Part shown: positions 50,045 to 62,737 of the stretch, in pieces
Layout: each line of letters begins with the position of its first letter
Position numbering within the stretch: the first letter of the stretch is position 1
Assembly (NCBI RefSeq): GCF_001194135.2
Contig: NC_068987.1
Location: forward strand, 83,039,662-83,103,661
DNA from: Octopus bimaculoides
Taxonomy: Eukaryota
DNA: 64,000 nt
Direction of reading: 5' to 3'
The notes under the pieces: generated by a model
Database searches by the model: none
What the model saw: the letters and a program-made list of their open reading frames with translations, nothing else
Told to the model about the DNA's origin: nothing
Program-made: the position numbers and the translations under genes

Positions 50045-52380
50045 CAGGCTTCTTCCAGTTTCCATCTACCAAATCCACTCACAAGGCTGTGGTCAGCCTG
50101 AGGCGATAGTAGAAGACACTTGTCCAAGGTGCCATGCAGTTGGACTGAACCCAGGACCATGTGGTTGGGAAGCAAGCTTCTTACCACACAGTCACACCTG
50201 CATATATTTATGTCCCCATAATTTAGTAGCTTAGTATAAGGGACCAATAGAATAAATACCAGGCTTAAAAAAAAATAGGTGCTGAGGTCAAGTCCTGTGA
50301 CTAAAAACACTTAAAGGCGGTGCCCCAGCATGGCCACAGTCCCATGACTGAAAATTCCCACCTAAAAGTTTTCAGAATTGCTGATATCGCCAGGGGAAAA
50401 AGGGTTTCCAATTTAGTTGTATTTAGCATAATTTCACTTATGATTGAATTTTCATTAAATAAAAATAATTTCTGTTTAACAGGCATCACATTGAAAGCTA
50501 TTAAATTACAAAGTGTTTGTGTTGTTTATCATAAACTTTATTTTACATTTCTTGCCCACAAGGGATTATGTCCGATCTTTAGCATACTGCTGTATGTCTT
50601 CTCAAATCATGATCACAGGGAAAGTTGTTGATAAAAATTACCAACAAAAACAAAGCTGATAAATATGCACAGGTACTGAAAATTAAGTTTAATTACCAAT
50701 AAGCATCAGCTTGGATGACACTTTACTCAACCGACAGAGGAAGGTGACCAATCAAACTGATTATGTAAATAGAATTCTTTTCTGCTTATTCTTGTCGGAA
50801 CCTTTGATAACAGAGTATCAACATTTTTATCCCTTTCACACTTATAAAATGTCAAGCAAATTTAAAAGTTTGTCATTACCATTATTGCCAATATGAGCAG
50901 AACTTATGAGTCGTTTACTGCAAAGGAGAAATTAAATATGTGCTCCATTGCGATAGGTAGAAACTCCAAGCAATGTAAAATATGGCCCGGACTGTGTTTA
51001 CCAGCATGAATGTCAGACTTGGAAAACCAGTTAACCATTTAATGGTTTTAGTAAATTTATACAGAAAAAGTAAGCATTTATACAGAATTTATACAGAAAA
51101 AGTAATACTGTCCAGCATAAATAAAAGTCAACTTCATTATGGAAATTTAAGCCATTATTTTTTCTGTAAAAACCTTTTCTGACATTAAATGAGTCAACTT
51201 CTGCTACAAATTTTTATGTTTTGTAAGTCTTTTAGCAAAAAAAAAAAAAAAAAAAAAATTCAAAAGATATTCCGGAAACTATCTACTCATGTAATTTACA
51301 CACCCACTAAAGCTTATTTCTATTTTTGCGTAAAAAAAGTGTATAAATTACATGGGTTTTTATGGTATGTGTTATATACAAGTTATCTTGATTCACCGTA
51401 ATTACTGTTTCTGTATTTTCAAATCGAGTTATTCCCACTGCAGTAATGCTGGAATGAAATCTCAACATATTTGATTTTACTGATTCATTCTCACTCTCTC
51501 TTCTCAATGTCTTCTACAAGAACCTTCTTTGCCCCACTCACTCCTTTTATCCCTTTTATTCTCATCTAGCATAAAGCCCTCTCCCCTCTTTTTTTTTTTG
51601 GCTTTGCAGTCTTGCAAGCCACATGGTGACCTCTCTTGTGCCAGTGGCAAGAAAGAAGACCCAGTACACTCTGTAAAGAAGTTGGCATTAGGAAGGGCAT
51701 CCAGCCATAGAAACGATGCCAAAATGGACATTAGAGCTCATCATAGTCTTCCACTTGTTGAATCCTGTCAAACAGTCTGTCCCATGCCAGCATGGAACAT
51801 TTAAATGATGATGATGATTATATATGTTCTTGTGTATACCATTGTCTAGACATCGCATGATGGTTGTAAATGAGTATCATTGTTATACAAGCAAGGTTGT
51901 TTGTTTTCCATCTTCCATGGACTGCATGCCAAGGCTTGGGGAATATTACTTTACTTAGAATCAATTGAGGGTTGGTGACAGGAAAGGCATCCAGCCATAG
52001 AAAATCTGCCTCAACAAAATCTGTCTGAGCTATGCAAACATGGCAAAGTGCATGTTAGATGATGATGATGATGATGATATTACAGTTCAATTCGAAAATC
52101 GTCTAATTAGACATTCATATAATTATGGATTTTATAATCTCCACTTCTCTCCTCTATAGCTTTTAGTGAAAAAAAAAAAAAAATTAAAAAAGGGCAAAGT
52201 CTGTGTTTTGAATATCAGAAAGTGTGAAAAATTAAAATTTTTTAATCAGAAACTAATTAGGGCTAGGGTATAAAGGATTTGCAGGACGACTTTGTACTTT
52301 TTTCTTAATATTTCTGTTTGGATAATTATAAAAAAGCACTTTGTTTGTGGGTGTATATAGTTATATTTCATTTGCATTTG

Positions 52381-52419
<39 letters not shown>

Positions 52420-53286
52420 CCATCGTTTAATGTCTGCTTTCCATGCTGGCATGGGTTGGACGGTTTGACTGAGAACTGGCAAGCCAGGAAGCTGCACCAG
52501 GCTCCAATCTGATATGGCAAGGTTTCTACAGCTGGGTGCTCTTCCTAACGCCAACCACTCTGAGAGTGTAGTGGGTGCTTTTCATGTGCCACTGGCACGG
52601 NNNNNNNNNNNNNNNNNNNNNNNNNNNNNNNNNNNNNNNNNNNNNNNNNNNNNNNNNNNNNNNNNNNNNNNNNNNNNNNNNNNNNNNNNNNNNNNNNNNN
52701 NNNNNNNNNNNNNNNNNNNNNNNNNNNNNNNNNNNNNNNNNNNNNNNNNNNNNNNNNNNNNNNNNNNNNNNNNNNNNNNNNNNNNNNNNNNNNNNNNNNN
52801 NNNNNNNNNNNNNNNNNNNNNNNNNNNNNNNNNNNNNNNNNNNNNNNNNNNNNNNNNNNNNNNNNNNNNNNNNNNNNNNNNNNNNNNNNNNNNNNNNNNN
52901 NNNNNNNNNNNNNNNNNNNNNNNNNNNNNNNNNNNNNNNNNNNNNNNNNNNNNNNNNNNNNNNNNNNNNNNNNNNNNNNNNNNNNNNNNNNNNNNNNNNN
53001 NNNNNNNNNNNNNNNNNNNNNNNNNNNNNNNNNNNNNNNNNNNNNNNNNNNNNNNNNNNNNNNNNNNNNNNNNNNNNNNNNNNNNNNNNNNNNNNNNNNN
53101 NNNNNNNNNNNNNNNNNNNNNNNNNNNNNNNNNNNNNNNNNNNNNNNNNNNNNNNTGATATTTGACAGAACATATAATAAAATCAAAATTAGATTTATTA
53201 AATCATTTTTAAAAATATAAATTTAGTTCAATAAAGAAAATGAAAAAAATAACTAAAATAAAAACTAACGTGATAGTAAACTCATT

Positions 53287-53318
<32 letters not shown>

Positions 53319-53337
53319 GTTATATATACACATACAA

Positions 53338-53475
53338 GTGGAGGCGCAATGGCCCAGTGGTTAGGGCAGCGGAATCATGGTCATAGGATCATGGTTTCAA
53401 TTCCCAGACTGGGCATTGTGAGTGTTTATTGAGTGAAAACACCTAAAGCTCCATGAGGCTCCAGCAGAGGGGGTG
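53338..53475 (+). mobile_element. 3'-truncated copy of the same tRNA SINE
   Basis: gtggaggcgcaatggcccagtggttagggcagcgg.. head only; inverted relative to 54085-54224. Confidence 0.85.
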
Positions 53476-53834
53476 GGGTGTAACAAGATTTTAAATGAAT
53501 GTAATGCTTCTGTCAATGCTTCCATAACATGGAAGATGCTAATTATACAACTTCCTGGAAAAAACTCCCCAATAAACCTCGCACCGTGCCTGCTGGTCAT
53601 TACGTTACATTACTACAATCCCCTACTGGCAAAATTGTGTGCATCTTATTTGTATCAGTTCTTTGTTACAAGATCAGCATATTCAGTTGTCTGTTTGTTG
53701 TAATTTTCGGTAACTGATTGAATTTGAATAGAGCAATCACTTCTCGCCAATCCACTTCGTACGTCTTTGAGACATAAAACTATTTCATTTGTTAGAAGAA
53801 GAATTACTGATTTCTCTAAAAATCTTGTCTATGT

Positions 53835-54224
53835 TGTTGTTGGCACTCCGTCGCTTACGACGTCGAGGGTTCCAGTTGATCCGATCAACGGAACAGCCTG
53901 CTCGTGAAATTAACGTGCAAGTGGCTGAGCACTCCACAGACACGTGTACCCTTAACGTAGTTCTCGGGGAGATTGAGCGTGACACAGAGTGTGACAAGGC
54001 TGACCCTTTGAATTATAGGCACAACAGAAACAGGAAGAAAGAGTGAGAGAAAGTTGTGGTGAAAGAGTACAGCAGGGTTCACCACCATCCCCTGCCGGAG
54101 CCTTGTGGAGCTTTTTTAGGTGCTTTCGCTCAATAAACACTCAAAACGCCCGGTCTGGGAATCGAAATCGTGATCCTATGACCGCGAGTTCGCTGCCCTG
54201 ACCACTGGGTCATTGCGCCTCCAC
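53835..54224 (-). mobile_element. Full-length young tRNA-derived SINE with 11-bp TSD and (CAA)n tail
   Basis: Same head as 19577; TSD cttgtctatgt at 53824-53834 and 54225-54235; CpG-rich. Partial relatives at ~30655-30960 and ~35145-35280. Confidence 0.9.
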
Positions 54225-55274
54225 CTTGTCTATGTAGTAAATCAAGATTTCACGTAAAAAAAACTTGTTTGAAAATAAAAGTGTACATTAAATAATAATG
54301 GTGATGGTGATGGTGTTGGTGAACAGGCACAGACCTGACTATGTGGTTAAGAAGCTTGCTTTTCAAACACATGGTCTTGGGTTCAGTCCCATTGTGTAGT
54401 ATCTTGGGCAAGTGTTTCCTACTATTTCCCTAGCTCAATCAATGCTTTGTGAGTGGATTTGATTGATGGAAATTGGAGAAGCCCATCATTATAATAATCA
54501 TTTAATGTTAATTTTCCATGCTGGCATGGGTTGGACATTTTGACAGGAGCTGTACCAGTTTTCATTGTCTGTGTGGACATGGTTCCTAAAGCTGGATGCC
54601 CTTCCTAATGCCAGCCACTTTACAGAGTGTACTGGGTGCTTTTTTATGTGGTACCATCACCAGTGCTTTTTACATGGCACCATCATGTGTATATATATGT
54701 GTATATATGCGTGTGTACTCTTGTCTTGATATCATGTGATGGTTGTAAACAAGCATCACCGTCATACACGCAGGGCTGCTCATTTGCAACTTCCCTTGAA
54801 AACCTTGTCTCGCTATGGGAAAATGGTATGTTACCTGGAAACAGGCGCGAGTTGGGGACAAGAATCACATTAAGTCTGCCTTGGCAGGTTTCTTGCAAGC
54901 ACAGAAAAATGGACATTAAAAATTGATGATGATGATGATGATAATGGTTTTCAGTAACAGAATAACTTTAAATAGAATAATCACACCCCAGCTAATCCCC
55001 TATCTACATCGTTGAGACATAAAACCATCTTATTTGTTACAAGAATTACCAATTCCAATAAAATTCTTGCTTATGTAGTAAATGTGGATCTCACATACAA
55101 TTCATGTAAGAAAATATAATGTTACAGGCAAATTTAATTTGTTTTAATATTTCCTTTAAGAATATCATTTCGTTTTTGAATACTTCTCATTGATCAAACT
55201 ATCTGCAAAAATAATTTTATTCAGCTATAAATGTAATGGATGTTTTTTTTTTTCACTTCATAGTTTATTTCTTG

Positions 55275-55865
55275 CTGCTACTGCTATGACCACCATTACT
55301 ATAACCACCACTACTACTACCACCATTATTAGTGTAATCACCTACTACAACTACCACCACCACCACCACCTACTACTACTACTACTACTACTACTATTAT
55401 TACTACTACTACTACTACTATTACTACTACTACTACTACTATTACTACCACCACCACAACTACTACTACTACTACCACCACCACAACTACTACTACTACT
55501 ACTACCACCACCACAACTACTACTACTACCACCACCACCACCACCACCTACTACTACTACTACTACTACTACTATTATTACTACTACTACTACTACTACT
55601 ATTACTACTACTACTACTACTATTACTACCACCACCACAACTACTACTACTACTACCACCACCACAACTACTACTACTACTACCACCACCACCACCATCA
55701 CTACTATTACTATAACCATCACCTCTACTACTACTACTACTACTACTACCACTATTACTATAACCACTACTACTACCACCATTATTACTGTAACCACTTA
55801 CTACAACTACCACCACCACCACCACAACTACTACTACCACCACCTCTACTACTACTACTACTATT
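55275..55865. repeat. ~590 bp compound (ACT)n/(ACC)n trinucleotide microsatellite
   Basis: Directly visible; produces the poly-T/L/V/S track ORFs. Confidence 0.97.
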
Positions 55866-56812
55866 CCTCAATTTTTAATCTGTAAGCAAATATATGCCTT
55901 TCTTTTGATTTAGTGATACAAGGTAATAGATTTCTTCTTGTGGAATTGGTTTATGCAATTCATATCTATTTATGACAATTTCCCCCCCGCCTTTTTTTCT
56001 GTTTTTCTTTTTTCCTTAATTTTTTTTCTTCCTTTTAGAATTTCAATCAGATATTTGTGCTTATAATCTGGTGTACAGTTAGAATCAAACTCACACACAC
56101 ACACACACTGGTGTGTATATATCAGTTAACATGTTATTTTAGTCTTTTGGTACCAATCCTCCAGAGTCTGGCTCTGGTTCTATGATATAAGGATCCCATT
56201 TTAGAATGGTCTGAATTAAAATAATCTTACATCCACATTCCGTCTTTTACTTGTTTTAACCATTAGACTGTGGCCATGCTGGGGCACCGCCTTGAAGAAT
56301 TTTTAGTTGAGTCTATCGACCCCAGTATTTATGTTTTTTTTTAAAGCCTGACATTTATTCTATTGATTCCTTTTGTTGAACTGCTAGGTTACAGGGGGCG
56401 TAAGCATACCAACACCAGTTGTCAAGTAGTGGTTGGGACAAACACAGACACAATGATATGCACACACACACCCACGATGGGATTCTTTCAGTTTCCATCT
56501 ACCAAATCCACTGACAAGGCTTTGGTTGGCCCAAGGTTACAGTAGAAAACAGTTACCCAAGGTGTCAAGCAGTGGGACTGAACCTGGAACCAAGTAGTTG
56601 GGAAGCAAGCTGCTTACCACACAGCCTTGCCTGTGCATGTTGGTTTATATTTCAAATATTAGCTTAATAATGACGAAGTTATTTTATTAAATTCTTCATT
56701 TGGTATAGGCATGGTTGCATGGTTAGGTAGTTCACTTTGCAACCATTTGGGCCCAAGCCAACCACTGCTTTCTAATCAGATTTGGTGGGCAGAACCAGTG
56801 TTTGTGTGTTAT

Positions 56813-57033
56813 CAGGGCTATGGAGTCGGAGCCATGGAGCCGTGGAGTCGGAGCTGTGGAGTCGGAGTCATGGAGTCGGAGTCAGAAACAATTAAGAGTA
56901 GCTGGAGTCGGAATTGGTAAAATAGACCACAATCACTTAATTACATAGTAGAGTCAGACTCGGAGTCGAAGGTGCCAATAGTAGACGAGCTGGAGCCAGA
57001 GTCAAAGTTTTTTGTTTCGACTCCACAGCCTTG
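56813..57033. mobile_element. hAT-type MITE with GGAGTC subterminal repeats and 8-bp TSD
   Basis: TIRs CAGGGCTATGGAGTCG / CGACTCCACAGCCTTG; TSD tgtgttat / tttgttat (7 of 8 match). A partial inverted relative lies at ~7945-8026. Confidence 0.8.
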
Positions 57034-58849
57034 TTTGTTATGTCCCTGGTTGATCAAAGGAGACTGATAGAATAAGTAGAATAATAAACCCTGGTATTGA
57101 TTTGACTAAACCCTTCACAGTCGTGGCCCATCATGGCCGTGGTTCAGAAACTGAAACAAGCAAAAGATAAAAAGAAGAGAATATTTTTATCTTGACATTA
57201 AGACTGCAAGTTGCCAGACAAAATGCTTAGCGACATTTTGTGCCTCTTTATATTCTGATTTCAGAATATGCTTGGGTTGACTTTCAGGGGCTGATTAAAA
57301 TAAGTACCAATTGATTACTGGGGTGGATATAATCAACTTAGATCCACCCTTGAAATTGCTGGCTTTCTGCTAAAATTGTGCTGGTGCCAAATAAACGGCA
57401 CCTGTGCCAGCACCACGTAAGGAGCATCTGTGTGGGTGTCTCATAAAAGCACTCAATACTCTCTTCAAACGGGTTGGTGTTAATAAGGGCATCCAGCTGT
57501 AGAGACCCTCCCAAAACAGATGACTGGTGCTTGGTGAAGCCCTCCAGCTTGCCAAATCTTGTCATACCGTCCAACCCATGTCACCATGGGGAATGGACAT
57601 TAAATGATGGTCGTGATTTCTGTTTTGACTCTCATGTTATAACAAAGTATATTTTTGACCCTTTAGCATTAATCAGGTTTTAATCTTTTCACCTCTGATT
57701 TCTCTCCCTTATCTCGAATAGTTTATAGTTTAACCTTCTTCACTGTTTTCTTGATCTAACTTACCGTCTTCTGGAACTGATTTGAATGTTTTACATTTCA
57801 AATTCCTCTAAATTGTTTGTATTTATTTATATTTTATTGTTCTTATAGTGTACCATACTTAAATTTTAGATTAGCTGCTGTTTTTTTTTTTGTTTTTCTT
57901 TTGTTTTTGTTTTTTTTAATTTCTGAAATATATTTTTGTTTCCTGAAGCCTGAAGTAATGATGTCACCCAGGGCCTTAACACTTTTAGCATTATCTGTTA
58001 GCAAATTGCATAGTTTCTGTATTTCATTAAGTGGTAATTTCTTATTTTGTGTTAATTTATTTACATCATTTTTCCATTTATAGAATTTTTCCTTGTTTTT
58101 GCTCATATTGTAGAAAGGATAGAAAGTAAGTGATTAATGCTAGGTTTAAATCTAAAACACACACACAAAAAAAAAAAAATAAAGTTGAAACTAGTAAAGT
58201 CTTCAAAAATAAAATGAATCTTAGAAACAGTGTAATGCAAATGAAGAATTGTTGGCAGCCAACAAAAATTAATGCAAATAGATCTTCATTCATTTTAATG
58301 ATAAAGATTTAGTTGTGCAATCAACTAAATTACCCCACTAATCTTCATCTTCATCACCATTTATTGTCTCTTTTCCATGCTGGCATGGTTTGGATAAAGC
58401 ACTGGTGCTGGTGCCATGTAAAAAGCACTGATGATGATCATCATCATCGTTTAACGTCCGCTTTCCATGCTAGCATGGGTTGGAAAATTTGACTGGGGAC
58501 TGGTGAACGAGGTGGCTACACCAGGCTCCAGTCTGATCTGGCAGAGTTTCTACAGCTGGATGCCCTTCCTAACGTTAACCACTCCGAGTGTGTAGTGGGT
58601 ACTTTTACGTGGTGCCGCATGAAAAGTGCTGGTGATGGTACCACATAAAAAGCACTTGTGCTGGTGTCACATAAAAAACATTGCTGATGGTGCCATGTAA
58701 AAAGCATGCAGTACTCTCTGTCAAGTGCTTGGCATTAGGAAGGGGATCCAGCTGTAAAAATCATGCCAAAAGAGAGACATTGGAACCCAGTGCAGCTCCT
58801 GTCAAACCATCCAACCTATTTTCAGTTATCCCTACTGACCACTGACCAC

Positions 58850-59460
58850 ACCTAACCTAGATTTTGTCTATTTAAATAATAGACATAAATACCTTCTTCC
58901 TCCACTTTACCAAAACCTTAACGCCTGATTTCTTACCCTGAACTGACACTTATGAAGAATAATACTGGCATCTAATGTCTATCTTTATTCTTTTTGTTTC
59001 TTGTTTTTATTCATTTTTTCATTTTCATTTTTTAATTTTTTAATTTTTTATTTTACTTTACTTTTGCTCTCATTCACCCCCCCCCCCCCGTACCTATCCC
59101 ATTCCTGTCTTTTCTCTCTTTTTCCGCTCTCTTCTATTCACTCACTCACAACCCACTTCTGTCTAAAGCATCATTCAAAATACGACCTGGACTTACCTGG
59201 GATTATATCTAAGGGCCTATACCTTCACGGACGTACGGGCCAACCTCCATACCCTCTGGAAAAAGATGAGCTGTGAACTTTATTCTCCAGTCTATATTCT
59301 TCTATCTATTTTTAATCTTTATTTTATTCTTTATAAACTGCGAATTTCCCTGTCTAGAACTTTCTTACCTTGTCTCTGATGATGGGATACCCAGTGTATG
59401 GAGATGCTAACCTATCACTTGGGATATCCCAAATCAGGTGTAAGACTTCAAATTTGCCTT
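58850..59460 (+). mobile_element. Penelope-like element 3' remnant (ORF end + pseudo-LTR with hammerhead-like fold)
   Basis: PNLDFVYLNNRHKYLLPPLYQNLNA* resembles PLE ORF ends (LN....LP..Y..L). Downstream: gtct-CTGATGA(59376)-t-gggata...tatccc-aaa..GTA-agac. Confidence 0.45.
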
Positions 59461-60059
59461 ACCCTAATCAGATTATTATGACTTGAGATACTCGTCCTGC
59501 CTTGGTTTTTATTGTCCTTTTCCTCTGATATATACCTGTTAACATGGAAGCGTAATACGGGTCCCCAGCTCCAGCCTCAGCTGTGAACTTGGAACCTAAT
59601 TGATGATCAATTATAGCACTTTCTCAGCCTACCTATTCATTTAGATTTCATTGAACGTTAAAAGCACATCTAAGCATGATCGTTGCCAGGGCCAAGGATT
59701 GGCTCCCATGCCAGTGGCACGTGAAAAGCACCATTTGAGTGTGATCGTTGCGAGAGTTGCCCTACCAGCACATGTGCCAGTGGCACGTGAAAAACAACAT
59801 TCGAGTGTGGTCGTTGCCAGTGCCACTGGACTGGCTCCCGTGCAGGTAGCACATAAAAAATACCTTTTTGGCGTGGTTGTTGCCAGTACCGCCTGACTGG
59901 CCCATAAAAGCACCCACTACACTCTCGGAGTAGTTGGCATTAGGAAGGGCATCCAGCTGTAGAAACTTTGCCAGATCAGTCAAACTGTCCAACCCATGCC
60001 AGCATGGAAAGCGGACGTTAAACAGCAATGATGATGATAATGATATATCTATACACACA

Positions 60060-60170
60060 CTAGCTGATGTACCCGGTAATTCCTGGGAAAGCGGGGTTTA
60101 AGGGTTGTATTGGATAAATTGTGAAAATAACTCTAACAGTTCAAATACTAAGAAATAAGCACACTCAAAG
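60060..60170 (-). mobile_element. Probable second Helitron 3' end (non-autonomous)
   Basis: CTAG at 60060-60063 adjacent to a GC-rich imperfect hairpin (cccgg-taatt-cctggg), same layout as at 37836. Confidence 0.4.
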
Positions 60171-60401
60171 ACACACACATATAGACATATGTACATGATG
60201 GGATTCTTTCAGTTTCCGTCTAGCAAATCCACTCACAAGACTATTCTTTTATTCTTTTACTTGTTCCCGCCATTACACTGTGGCCATGGCATTAGGAAAG
60301 GCATCCAGCCCTTGAAACCATTCCAAAAACACAATTGGAGCCTGGTACAGCTCTCCTGCCAAACTGTCCAGCCCATGCCAGCATGGAAAACATGTTACAT
60401 G

Positions 60402-60449
<48 letters not shown>

Positions 60450-62452
60450 AATACACACATGAATGTGTGCATGTTTGACTTTGTCACCTCTCTACTGCTA
60501 GACAACTGATGTTAGTTTATTTACATCCCCTGACACTTAGCAGTTCATCAAAAGTTACCGATAGGGTAAGTACCAGACATTAAAACGGGTACTGGGGATG
60601 CTCCAGCATGGCCACAATCCAGCAACTGAAACAAGTAAATGAGACAAGATAACAGATATATAATCAGTTCGGTTAATAGTAACTGCAGCAGAAGTTGGTA
60701 AGTTGGTTGTAATTGGTGTATGATAGTTTAAATCCCTTGAAATTTAATGCAGATAGTTATGAAGCCATTGAAATTTTGGCAAATGGTAACTAAACTGCAT
60801 AATTTCTACTCTCTTGTGTTTAATAACTATAAATGTATGAGAAGTGTGTATTTTCTTTTCCTTTTGTATGAATGTACTTTAAATTTTTATGTTTGTGTAT
60901 TTGTTTTGCAAAATTCTTGATGTGAAATCATGTGTTGTATTTTGGAATGGTTAGTTTTTTGGTTTTTTTTTGTTTTTCCAAAATAAACACATGCACTAAA
61001 CATTCGTTCTTCACTTCAGATTTTCAGACAAAGGACAATAAAATAAAAAGCAATAATAAATCTGAAGGGAAGAATGAATTTTTAGTGCATGCGTATCATC
61101 ATCATCATTGTTTAATGTCCACCTTCTGTGCTGGCATGGGTTGGACAGTTTGACAGTAGCCGGCTGGGCAGGAGCTTGCACCAGATTTCTGTGTCTATTT
61201 TGACAGGGTTTTTACAGCTGGTTGCCCTTCCTAACACCAGCCACACAGCAGAGTGGACCGAGTGCTTTTTACGTAGCACAAACACAGGCGAGGTCAGTTT
61301 TGGCATGATTTTTACAGCTGGATGCCCTTCCAAATGCCATCCACTTCACAGTGTGGACTACAAAATAAACTACAGTGATTATTTTGCAAAAAAAAAAAGA
61401 AAGACCATCCCAAAACGTAACAATACTTTAAATTTCTATTTCAATCACTTCATGTTGCGCAACATAAAAATAAGAATTATCATTTGTTTATTCATTTTTT
61501 GATCTTTTACTTGTTTCTGTGATTGGATTGAAACAAATAAAAGATGTTGGAGGCACCATCTTTAAGTGTTTAGTCAAGCAAATTGATCCTGGTACTTGCT
61601 TTTTTAAAAGTTCGGTTCTCTTTCGATTTGTCTCTTTTGCTGAACTGCTAGGTTTACAAGAATGTAAATAAACCAACACCGGTTGTCAAGCAGTGAAGAC
61701 ACACACACACACACACACACATATACAGCAGACTTCCTCACAGTTGCCATCCAACCAAATTCACTTACAAGGCATTGGTCTGTCTGGGGTTGTTGTAGAA
61801 GACACTTTCCCAAAGTAACACTCAATGGGCTGAACCTGAAACCACATGGTCGCAAAGCAAACTTCTTAACCACACAGCCAGGCCTTCTCCACCCCACACC
61901 CCCGTACTGTCATTTTTCTATGTTGTAAGTGTTTTCATTGAAGATTACCTCATTCAAAGATGAGGTCCTTGCCTATCTATTGATTCTCCTGAATATCTAT
62001 TTCTGGATGCATAATGTGTGATTAAAATTAATAACTCGTTATTAGGGATGGCTGATTGCTTTCCTGAAAAGCTTCCATAATTCCAATGTTAAATTGAAAA
62101 ATCAACTCTATCTTGCTTTGTTAGCCTGAATAAGAATCACATAAAATTATATTTGATAAAGCTATGCAGAACTAGAATTTAAAAGAATGATTTTTAAAAC
62201 AGTTCAGTCGCAACATATATTTTTATTATTTTAAGAATTATTTGATTTGAGTTATTTGGAAATATTGAGATTTGCACTTAATTTAATTGCTGAATAAATA
62301 TTTCATGTAGTTTACGAAACAAAATTGGCATGTCATCATCCATAAGTTGAAATAGAATACATATTTTATTTGATATTTTCATTTTCAAAATCGTTTTTGA
62401 AATGTTTGAAGTTTTTATTTACATATTCATGTACGTATTCATCTTTTTATAG

Positions 62453-62578
62453 CTGAGAATCAAGAATATTGTGCAAAACATGTTCTAAAATTGAGTTTGC
62501 TGTTCATCAAAAAATGCCAACATCTTTTAGCTGTGCAAAGTGTAGTAAGACTCATTGCAATGCTTGTTGCTTCTAATG
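62453..62578 (+). CDS. TERB1: TERB1-like exon (126 nt, phase 1-1)
   Basis: Acceptor ctttttatAG, donor GTAAGT; encodes ENQEYCAKHVLKLSLLFIKKCQHLLAVQSVVRLIAMLVASN. Confidence 0.9.
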
Positions 62579-62737
62579 GTAAGTAGGCACTATATATACG
62601 CACAAGATATATATTTGGATACTTAGAATTGTATTGTTTTTGTTTTTGATTTCAGAGTTCTGCTTTATTGTTAATGTGTCTATTGAATAAATATGTTTCT
62701 TTGATTAATGCGTACTAGCAGAAGTAATGACTATTAA

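Larger units (their letters stand above)
20521..62578 (+). other. TERB1: TERB1-like gene, 5' part (spliced model; gene runs beyond window end)
   Basis: Manual splicing gives one open frame: MENMLDEASKY|KAKKKVQLMVECIKYHLDDEECLRKSLLSIASLSATN|TFVQDYLRENGCLKFILNIFTSNSNSQIKEATMFCLACAIDQN|VASQKFMTTSIVFEHLSKILSSDIHANNLHHTATYFISCITNNN|SYGQVICRKSSCLKNLLALF|RSITDKKTKERDILENAIVQNVELLVIVCNAICTCVNNPRN|TENQEYCAKHVLKLSLLFIKKCQHLLAVQSVVRLIAMLVASN. This is collinear with the vertebrate TERB1 N-terminal ARM region as recalled (LLLECLKYQMD, YFREIGGL..VKEAALYTLGAIAEKN, GQTLVRETGC..LSRLFR, VCSTLCVCVNNPQNDENQ). Splice phases are compatible at every junction. Confidence 0.88.

Noticed and set aside
55190-55885. Long poly-Thr/Leu/Val/Ser ORFs (mucin-like appearance)
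   Set aside because: Translation of an (ACT)n/(ACC)n microsatellite open on both strands; no splice or domain support.
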